Positions 48,301-58,800 of a stretch of 64,000 nt of DNA are shown here, piece by piece. A program made the position numbers and the translations under genes. The stretch's first letter is position 1. Every line of letters begins with the position of its first letter. The DNA is from Leptogorgia sarmentosa. Lineage: Eukaryota. The stretch covers positions 8,494,001 to 8,558,000 of the forward strand of contig OZ210885.1 of NCBI GenBank assembly GCA_964658305.1, given 5' to 3'. Under the pieces are notes generated by a model that did not search any database, had not been told where the DNA came from, and worked only from the letters and a program-made list of their open reading frames with translations.

Positions 48301-50668
48301 CAACTTACCTCATTGTTTCCCATTCGCTGATTGATTCGTTCAAATACATCGGAAAAGTGGTCCAACAGCAATGTGTAACTCTCTTGGCTGATTTGGACCA
48401 AATAGTCAATGAATTGTTTGATCATCTCTCTGGTATTGCCAGAGGACACAAAACACTTTGGTTGATCATAACCAGGGACGTTGGAGCACACAGAGACACT
48501 CAATGGGACATGTTCAGCTTCCCATGTAAGCTTTGCTGTGTTTCTAGGGTGGTCGTCTTCTTTCTGAAAATAACATTCAAAGTCGAATGTTGCCCGATAC
48601 GGAAAGTACTTCAAGTCTTCGGGGATCACAACACCTTCGTCTTCGAGCAAATCGAATATCGTTTGTGGGATTTTGTAAACGCCACCAGGGAACACGTGTC
48701 GGACAGTCGCTTCGCATCTTTTCTCGTGCTGATTTAATGCTTTTGCTGTTTTCCACAGCTTGTCACATTTAGAACAACAGTATGATTTTGAATACATACT
48801 TATATTCTTTATATAGCTGAAATGATTTCCATAGAGGTTGAGATATAGGCTGTTTGTGAAAGTGCGATGAGATCTCTGAATCAGTTGCGCAACGATCTTG
48901 GTATTCTCAGTATCTTCGTCCTCACATTCCACGAGTCGATACACGTAAATGTTCACTTCAAATAACTTTTCCAAGTCGGGAAGTTCTTCAAGGGTCACAC
49001 CATCGAAATCTTCGCCATCTTCAACGTACCGTTCAAAATAGTGTTGTGTGTCGCGTTCCAGATTGTGGGAGTGACATCCACGGTGTAGAGCCAAACAACG
49101 GAAAAAACACAGTTTGTCCTCGTACGGTAAACCAGTTTTCTTACTACAGTCTAGGGAAACAACAGCAGGATTTTCTAACACGTATTTGGGTAAACGAGTG
49201 CTACGTCCAATGGGATGATCGCGAAGTTTTGTCACGTAGAATGTGGCGTTAGGGATATCCGCAACCACCCACTTGGAATTGGGACGTTGTTGGCGAGCCC
49301 ATTCAAAAACATCCAGATTTTCTAGCGCTGACCGAATTTGTTCCAAATCCTCACGACTGCGAACCAAAAACGGTGCTTCGAATACCCGGTTGTTATTGGC
49401 TGACGAATGGTGGTACTGCATCTGCTCCGTGTCGTTGTTAAATAGTACGAAACCAAACGACAAATTCAGTTTGAAAACGGTCGTTTGGTCTTGGAATATG
49501 CGTTCAACATCCTGCACAAGTTCAGCCATATTCAAGGAGCTTAGGCGATAATTATACCAGTCCTGAACTCGATTGCCACGACTTTGTCTAGTCCGGATGG
49601 TGCGCCAGTTTTCTCGATGAAGTGTCGAAGGAAGGTCGGGTGGTGGGTAGAATGGATCTTGAGGAAACTGATTCGGTGGAATGGTAACCGTTGTCTCTAC
49701 CAAAACAAAGAATTATTTTTCAGACACACGGCTTAACTTTATAAATTTCCTATAAGAAAAACGAATATTTCAATAGTGTCAACACACAATTTTTACACCA
49801 ACCTTCGTTTACTCGAGCTCGTTTTGTCTGGGTCGATGTACCGTCGGTTGCCTTGCGTTTAAGACCACTAACTCGCCCGCTCGATTTCCCTACAGAGAAA
49901 AACGTTTACAATTCGATAAATTGTTTCAACGATATTATTGACTCTTTTTTACTTACCTTGGTTTACTCGGGTTGTTGCTGTCCTCTTCCGTTTCCCACCA
50001 CCAACCTGATGCACATTTCGTTGATGCGCTTGTAGCGGGAATATATTTCGAAACACCTCACCACAAATATCACACGTATATTCACGTTCCGCTCCTCGTC
50101 GCTCATGCATCTTTAGATGGTCGTTGAGCTTGTCCTTGAAAATAGAAAATAATACACGTTAGCAAAATTCAAATGAAAATTTATGTGAACAAATCTGTAA
50201 CCGGATCATACCTTTCGACTAAATTTCTTGTGGCATTTGTGGCACTCGAAGGTTTTTTCTTGATGGACTTTCTCATGGCGCTTTAATACATCGACTGTGG
50301 TGAAACTCTTATCACAGGTCTCGCAAGTAAACAACTTCTCCCCAGTATGTACACGCTTGATATGGCGCTTCAAGGTGCTAGCGCGTGTAAATTCTCGACC
50401 ACATTGATCACAAACATAACCAGACCTGGCTGGCTCTTCCCAGTCGTTCCATTCGACAAGAACTTGCTGTTGGGTTTCAGGCGACCAAGACTCGAACATG
50501 TCGTCCACCGCTAACGCGCACAGTTGTCGATTTAGTTCTTCATTCTCAAGATCTCCCATAAATTGATCTCTCCTAAAGTAAAAAACCATACTCTTAATAC
50601 TGCTAAAACCAAAACCAAATACAGTGCATTAGAACTTACCAGATACTTTCTTGATGTTGTTTGGCCAT
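45386..50668 (-). CDS. Protein-primed family B DNA polymerase with N-terminal C2H2 zinc fingers; 10 exons, about 1540 aa
   Basis: Exons 50668-50640, 50572-50212, 50134-49957, 49889-49803, 49696-48309, 48247-48188, 48115-48068, 47996-46943, 46868-46339, 46273-45386 join in frame (4623 nt). Exo FDFE, FNSGKYD, YNNLDV; Pol YDANALY, KLVGNSSYG, DTDS. Confidence 0.92.
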
Positions 50669-51079
50669 ATCTCAAAATAAATTTCTCGAAAGGAATAGCT
50701 GTGTTGCCGGTTGACAGGTAAAGACTGATGTATACTCGGTGGTAAAGTTCAGATAAAGACTGATGTATACTCGGTGGTAAAGGTATATAGTTTTATGCCG
50801 TAACGTAACGCTGTTGGACCAATCAGAACACGATCAGACACGTATCCGGATACGTATCCACATACGTATCCGAATTGTAAAGACGCTGTTCAAACAATCA
50901 GAACACGTATCCGAATTGTAAAGACGCTGTTCGTCCAATCAGAACACGATCAGACACGTATCCCGATACGTATCCGAATTGTGAAATTCAACCAATCAGA
51001 ACACGATATTCCCACAACGTAAACTTTCCTACACGGTACTATAAATACATTCCAAAAACCAAAAAATATCCATTACAGC

Positions 51080-51568
51080 ATGGACAACATAACAGCCATC
51101 ATCGATATGGACGGTTTTACCGTCGAAAAAAGATTTTATTGTAAGGAGCTGGCCATGATCAAGAAGAATAGCACCTATGCCACATCCATACTCTTCGACC
51201 TCGGCTTGAAATGGAACCAGCTGAATGAAAAAGACAAAAAATCAGCGCGTTACCTGGAGAAGCACATCCACAAAATTCGTTTCAACTCCCCATCAACCGT
51301 CCCACTATCCAACCTACCTGAAATCGTTAAAAATTATTTCAGCGAGCCAAACACCTTGGTAGGTTACAAAGGAGGACATTTTGAAAAAGACCTCCTGGAT
51401 CAACTGGGAATTCCGTTTGTAAATCTGGAACACTTCGGATGCCCCAAAGCCGAACAGCTGTTTCAGAAACTTGGATGGTTGGAGACGTGTGGACATCACC
51501 TCACCCCCGACGCATACCACCATTGCTCGAAAGTCGAGGTCGAAGCGTTTGCGATGTGGTTGTGGTAA
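51080..51568 (+). CDS. DEDDh-like 3'-5' exonuclease with putative E-C-H-C zinc site
   Basis: IIDMDGF (D9, D11), KELA (E23), KGGHFEKDLL (E102), CGHH (C137, H140), HCSKVE (H148, C149, E153); TATAAA at about 51039 and CCAAT boxes upstream. Confidence 0.65.
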   Translation: MDNITAIIDMDGFTVEKRFYCKELAMIKKNSTYATSILFDLGLKWNQLNEKDKKSARYLEKHIHKIRFNSPSTVPLSNLPEIVKNYFSEPNTLVGYKGGHFEKDLLDQLGIPFVNLEHFGCPKAEQLFQKLGWLETCGHHLTPDAYHHCSKVEVEAFAMWLW

Positions 51569-51657
51569 AAACAAACAAACAAAAACGGTTCTTTTAAGAA
51601 CCACCAAATCTCATAAAAGAATAAAAACGGTTAACTCGATCAAATTTTGGTACGTCA

Positions 51658-51903
51658 CTGTTCAAACAATCAGGGCACGATCAGACACGTATCCCGATAC
51701 GTATCCGAATTGTGAAATTCAACCAATCAGAACACGATATTCTAATGAGTTCATGGCCTCAATACGCATGCGCATCCCTGCGCACCCCTGCGCAGCCTCG
51801 CACCACCTCACGCAGCCTGCACCACCCTACACCACCCTGCACCACCCTGTACCACCCTGCACCACCCTGAAAAAGGGGCTCGATCGGCCTATATAATACT
51901 ACT
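51658..51903 (-). repeat. Polinton right TIR
   Basis: Reverse complement of 36151-36396; ends ACTACT, followed by TSD ACGGTC. Confidence 0.95.
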
Positions 51904-54900
51904 ACGGTCGACGCCTTCCCTGCTCGCATTTTAAATGTTACATAATACATTTCAACTATAAATATTTTTGTTTTCGATGTTTTCCAGCGAGCTCGAAATT
52001 AGCTCAGACGGTTAGGCACGCAGTGCGTGCGTTGTAGTTTTATAGTTCAAGCCCCGGCTCTCGCTACGGGTCTTCAGCTGCTTAAAGGCCTTCGACAGTC
52101 CACATTGTGCCTGTAACGATTATGTAGATAAAAACCCTCTACAGTCTCATTATTAATTAAAAGAAGCCGTTTAATTTTAAAACACATCAGCGCAAATTAA
52201 ACAACAACAAAATTGGCCACAAACCTAAGAATCCTGAACTATGCGTCATAAGAGCAGACATATTTGTTGCTTGCGATTTTCTATGCGCGAAACTTTAACA
52301 GCTAAAATAAAAGCAGCTAGGGTATAAACAAGGTCTATAAATAGTTTAGAATTGGGAAAGTGTTATCTCATGCAGGGTGTAATTTTGTCAATCATAAATA
52401 TTGAAATAAGTGAAATAAAGTGACGCTAAAATAATATCTTCGTAGATCAACAACTTTTTTGGCTGTTTTAAATTTAGAATAAAATTTAGAATTATATCCT
52501 ATCCATCTTTATAAGACCAGTTAAATGAAGGTTTCAAGAATCTGGAAATTGTATTCAAGCTTTTAGATTTCTTCAAGAGAAATAAGAGTGCTTCACATCA
52601 TGTTGTGTTGTTTTTCATTGATATCTTCCTTAAGTCTCGCTGAAGAGCAATAGTAGAGAGTTTAAACTTCGGGTATTTCGCGAGGAATAGGGGAACTCCC
52701 AAGTCGCGAAGTTGTATTTATCCGAACACAAAGCAAACGTAATAATGAATGTCTTTAAGGCTGCTTGCTATTAAATTAACAATTAGATCATACAGAATAT
52801 GCCAAAATTTTGCATTCCTTCGAGCCTGAAATCCGTCTCTGCCGCTAATTAAATAAAGGATCTTTTTCGCGATTGTTTCCCGCCTTCATTGAAAGCGTTC
52901 AACGCTTGCAACCATACACGAGTTTAAATGTTTCCAGTATCGTTCAGGTAGAATAAAGTAAATAAAAGGACTGATGGCAAAATTAAGAGATAATATCGCC
53001 ATAGGAACAGCGCGGAACACAATATTTTTACATCTGCCTTGAAACGCTTATCATTAACCGACCCTGGAGTCACAGTTACGATTGTTATTATGTTGTACAA
53101 GTGATTATAATTCTGATGTTCAAAAACGTTTGCTCTTTTTGGTTTTGAACGACTTAGGATTTTTTGAGCGTTTAGTGGAAGGGTGATTTAGGGGAAAAAT
53201 CCCCTCAGGCTTTGAGCACATTTGAGTGGTGTTCACCGTGGATAAATTGTTATCAAAATATCCAATTGTATAATTTCGTTCACGATCTTGTTTACTTTTA
53301 ACACATTCATTCTTCTGTTCATCGAGCGATTGAATGTGTTTGTTTTGTCTTCCGGGAGGTTCACTTTCTGTTCTCTACTCCTATATCCTGAACATTAGCA
53401 AGTCCGATAACCAATCGCTGATCTTACACACAAATATCACTATAAGTTGATACAAGAGCTTTCTTTATGGTATGGAACGAACTTAGCAACCAAACAAAAC
53501 ATCTGCCAATTGAAACACAAAACAAATTTGTTGATATATTATTTGCACCAGACAACACTTCGCTACGCGTCTACAAAAGCGGCCAGCGAAACCGAAATTC
53601 AGAATTGGAAATTGGAACCGTCTTACAGGTGAGCTTATACGTTATACGTTAAGCAAATATAGGATCAGTGGATTTATATATTCCGCATCTTGAATTTATG
53701 CAAAGAAGTTGTACAAATGTTTCATGCAAAGTTAAGACAAAATATGGCAACATGATAAATAATGCTCACTTTGAAAAACATGGGCCATTAACAACGACAC
53801 AGTATCTTGAAATCAATTGAAAAATTTTACATCGTCCATCTTTGTTCATGTTTTTGCAAAACCTCGCACTCTACTTCACTAGTTGAGTGCTGACAACGAC
53901 TGATAATTTCAATAGACGCAAGGAGTAGTATGGCTCAGGTATGTTACCGTATAGTAACTTTTATAATACAATTATTTGGTTTTTTCGGTAAAATATTTTG
54001 CTATTTACATTTTGCCATTAAAAGAGAAAAACCTGAACCAGTCTTCATCAACATAGCTGCAATTCGACAGATCCTGTGTGTAAACTGACCCATTTTGGTA
54101 AATAATATTTGAGATAAATTGTCGCTCATTAGGCATTTAAGTTAGAGATGTTTGCGGCACATGGATAACAAACGGCAAATCGTATATTGAGTTCTGCTGT
54201 TCGTTGTCCTGCTGTTCGTTGTCCGAAGTTGGGGTGATTCAGAAAACTAAAAGGTGAATCATTTTTACTGCCGAAAACTTGTAGAAATTATTTTAAAATA
54301 CCACGGGCGGAGAGAGAGGTTGAGCCAACAATGTATAAAGGCTGTCAGCGATTCCACAAAACAATCAACATCATTCAATCGAATGAATTGTTATATAGTA
54401 CATTCTTGAAGAGTACAAAAAGTCTATCTGTCTATCTAAACAATACAAAATTAAAAAATATTTCTTGAAATGTATAAATTGGGTATATCAAGAACGTACT
54501 ATTTGACCGCCACCCGGTCAGGTTTCAAATGTACTAAGTGACCGGCAGTCACAAAGTCGCAGTCTAATATAATAAAATTGTTTGTGGCAATTGAAATATC
54601 AGGCGGGAATCTTAATATGAATATTTATGCCCAGCAAGCGATTTTTAATGAATACATATTAAAACTATTCAGTTTTATATAAAATTAATTTTTACTGCCG
54701 AAAACTTGTAGAAATTATTTTATTTTAATATAAAATTGTTTGTGGCAATTGAAATGCCAGGCGGGAATCTTAATCTAAATATGAATATTAATGCCCACCA
54801 AGCGATTTTTAATGAATACATATTAAAACTATTCAGTTATATAAAATTCATTTTTACTGCCGAAAACTTGTAGAAATTATTTTAAAATACGATTTGAAGT

Positions 54901-55238
54901 TTGCCGCATGTGGTTAGCAGGGGCGCAGGGAAGGGTGTACATTCAGTGGCGAGGTGCAGTATAACGCCGACAAAACGGCGTGATCAAAGCACGCCATATT
55001 TAATTATAAAAGGTTTGAATCAGTTAGTGGTTGCTATGCTAATATAGCAAATTTTTTAATCGTGTTGTAGACAGCAGTCCTCCGTGCGGCCAACTGCTAA
55101 AATTACCGGCAAGGCAGCAACTCATTATTATTCAGTTCAATCTCGTAAATATTCAGGGCCCGGTTGCATCAAAGGCGTTTAGCCAAGGGATATGATTTTC
55201 CACGGACGGAGAGAGAGTTTGGGCCAACAATGTATAAA

Positions 55239-55470
55239 GGCTATCTGTAAAACCCGGAACGGGGAATCGGGGAACGGAACGAGGAACGGAACGAGGAACG
55301 GGAAAACCCGGAACGAGAAAAGCCGGAATCTGTAAAACCCGGAACATGAAAAGCCGGAATCTGTAAAACCCGGAACATAAAAAGCCGGAATCTGTAAAAC
55401 CCGGAACATAAAAAGCCGGAATCTGTAAAACCCGGAACATAAAAAGCCGGAATCTGTAAAACCCGGAACG
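55239..55470 (+). repeat. DNA-transposon end with about 31-bp tandem repeats
   Basis: GGCTATCTGTAAAACCCGGAACGGGGAA then repeated AAAAGCCGGAATCTGTAAAACCCGGAACAT; related to 26183-26890. Confidence 0.7.
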
Positions 55471-55826
55471 AGGTGTTACGGCAAAATGGTAAAAATAATG
55501 TAAAATGCACTTTTGACTGCACTTGCTATGCAACCTACCATGCAGATACAGAGAAATAAAAACATTTTCGCAACGTTCGCAACGAAACCAGGAATCATTT
55601 TCTTTCATTTATGTACGAGTGCCAGCCTCGTACCCAGGCTCTTCGCAGGGACGCAAGGGCGGGCGCGCAAGGGGTCTTGGGGAGGTCGCAATTGGGAAGC
55701 GAAGAGCCTGGCAGAAAGTGGCGTCAAAGTGGTAAATCGTGACCGAAATGTGGAAAATCGAAGATGTATTGATTTTGAAGGAATTTTCGTGGCTATTTAT
55801 ACTTGGGAATGATTAGTTGGGATGCA

Positions 55827-58800
55827 ATGGATGATAAAGAAGACTCTCTGCGGCCAGAAAGTCCCGAAGGTAAATATATTTCGAATTCATGAACTGAGTA
55901 AAACGGCATTTTAGACAGTAGACAGATCAGGACAACATTCATATATGTTTTGATATCAAGGATCACAACAAGAGGTTTTAATTTGTAACATAATTTAATA
56001 ATTAGACTGTCACTGTGTATTGACTGGATCTTACGAGCTAGTTTCTAAAGCCCTGTTTTTGAAAGACATTTTTGATTGGATTACTAGTCACTTATATGAA
56101 TTAAATGCGAATTATTGGTTGTGTTAAAAATTTAAATGAGTGAGTCTTTGTTTTATTTCCATACAGATATGGCTGACGAGTTCAATACCTCGTTTCAAGA
56201 ACTAACAATTGACGGTATTTAAACAAAGTTATTATGTATTTGCATGCTAACTATAGACTGTTATTACTTACATACACTAAAAGTAAAATGTATTCAATTT
56301 TATTGAAATTTTTTCGTTGTTTTGACAAATTTGTAGATGATGACAATGAAAGTGTTAGTATGATGGGTAGTAGTACCCCACCGCAATCTCCTCACCATCT
56401 ACCTGCTCAAGGAGAAAAACATGGCTTAACACCAGAATCAAAAGCTGCTGTTGAATCCAAACCCAAACGATTTGCAGGTCTGTTATCATTATGTTGTGAC
56501 TATATGGTCTGGATAGCTGGTCACGGTTGATGAGATGCTAAATGACTGGCACTAATTGCTTATATTTTCTATGCATAAAAATTTTTATATAGTAAATTGC
56601 TTTGCATATGCATACCCGGAAACAAGTATTACTAGCCAATATCATTTAGTATTTCATAAAATGTGACCATGGATTGCTGGTAATTATTATGCCTGTAGTT
56701 ATTGTCTTTGTAGTTTTATTAAATTATTTCAGCTACATAATTTTCCCAATAATAATTAGTTCAAAATATGTTCTTCTGATACAGGCTATAACCCATCAAG
56801 TCGCCAATGTCATGTAAGACGACAACCATTGGAAGATGACTTGAAAAGGATTGTGGCATACAAACATGGTTCAGATAATTATGTTGAACAATCAGCATTG
56901 CTGATTTTGTTAAACTTGGAGGCACATGAAAAGAACTTGCTTACAAGAAGTGTTACATCCATCTTTCCAGACAGCATCAAGAAGCGTATAATGGTTGATG
57001 GCCAGACAAAGTATCCTTAAAAAATAAACTGTGACCATAGTCTGGTCTGTTTCCATAAGAAAAGAGCAGCCTACAGTATGTCCGGTTGTTCAAACCTAGG
57101 TTAGCTTAACCCTGGGTTAGTGAAAAGTTGAAAAGCAAAATTCTGGGCGCCTGATTGTTGAGCCGTTGTAGTTTCTTAACATACTGTAACTGTTGTGAAT
57201 TGGTTGAAGTGTTGTGAAGTGAATTTTAAACAAAAACAACATACTGGTAAAATAGAACAGTGGGTAAACTTTTAACCCTAGGTTAGCGCTAACCCATCTT
57301 TGAACAACTCAGCCCTGTTATTTTGTACAAAATGATTGACAGTTTCAATAGTCTTTTGGAAGAGAAAAATACACATGCTATGGGAATTGAACTCTTATAC
57401 CCAGGATGACAAACCAGTTATGCAACCATGGTACACTAACTTGTTGCTGTCAAGTTTGTCTACATAAAAAATGTTTACATATTGTTATAAATCTTAACTA
57501 TGAAACAGAGTTGTCTACACCAACCTTGTTATTAGGTCGTATGGTAAGAACCCAAACATAAGTAAGGAGTTGTTCAGGGAAGTGAACAAAAACATTTCAC
57601 TGATGCAACATCAAATTGAGGAGATGAAACAACAACTTTTAAAAGATCAAGATAATCTAAAAGTAGCATTAGATGCTGAAGACCTGGTTCTATCAAAAAG
57701 ACTTTCTGATCAACATTGTTTAAATGTGAAACATTATTTGGAGTTCAATGAAGCACTGGTTACATTGTATGAACATGAAATAAAGAAGCTACAAGATTCC
57801 CAAGAGGATGGTCCGGTCACTGTTTCCCAAAAGAAACAAATTGAAAAAGAAACGAAATTTATGGAGAAAATATGCTGTGTTGGTTTGAGGGAAAGTGGAG
57901 ATGTTCAAAGTATTACTGATACAAACATTTTCCGTGACATGCTACATGATTTTGAAGAAAAGTGCCCCTTATTGCATGGTATCCTGGAAACTCTCTTAGT
58001 CACAGACCACAGGAGGAGAGTTCATAAAACAGTTGAATACAAATTGACTTGTGGAGTGAATGCATTGGCCCTCTTGTTGAGTGTAAGAAACCAGATGTGT
58101 AAAAATGATGTTAGTCTCCTACTTGGTCTTGTATGTATCACATATGGTGCTGGGAAACAATTCATCAACTTACTTCATGCTATTGGCTTGACTCCACATT
58201 GGGACACATTGTATGTACTAAATAAAATTATTTTCCTTCGCCTTTTTTCTATCATGGCTTTTCAAAATATTCTTCATAATGAACAATTTTTTCACATCTT
58301 TTTTCCAGAAACAATTTTCTTGATGAGCAGTTGAGAAAACTTCCTGAAACTATATCCGATAACTGTCCTGACACATCACCAATCATGTTGCTGATGGATA
58401 ACATCAATCTTTACAGAGGACGAAAACGCCATCTCCGACTTTTTAAAGACCAAGGGCCCAAAATGTGGAATTTTACCGGTCGAGCTGTTGTTATCCCTGA
58501 TATTGCTGACATTGAGCATTTAATGAAACGCCCTACAACTGTAACCATGTCACAAACAGATGTCACTGCCATTAAATGTGATGATTTAGTTTTGGGTAAG
58601 AATCATTTTCAAATGTAAATTATTATCAATTACTTACAGTATTGTTTGAGCTTAAAAACTTTGACCTTTTATTTGAAGGTGCTGAAGGTGCTTATATTAA
58701 GTGCTTTTTAGTGCTTAACAAGATTTAATGATACTATAAATTATATGTTAGATGGCCTGACACTTAATGTTCATACAGAATTACCAATCACTCCCACTTA

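Larger units (their letters stand above)
36151..51903. mobile_element. Polinton/Maverick (adintovirus-like) endogenous virus, apparently intact, 15,753 bp
   Basis: AGTAGT...ACTACT termini, 246-bp TIRs with no mismatch seen, 6-bp TSD ACGGTC (36145-36150 and 51904-51909), full core gene set with open frames. Confidence 0.97.

Noticed and set aside
45386..50589. pPolB as a frameshifted pseudogene
   Set aside because: Every break is explained by a phase-compatible GT-AG intron.
53467..53628. Possible first exon of a host gene (ATG...CAG|GTGAG)
   Set aside because: No recognisable domain and no downstream exon identified.
54262..54890. AT-rich local duplications of about 160 bp
   Set aside because: Ordinary tandem duplication with no further structure seen.
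55153..55608. Repetitive ORFs (FRVLQIPAF...)
   Set aside because: Translations of a tandem repeat.
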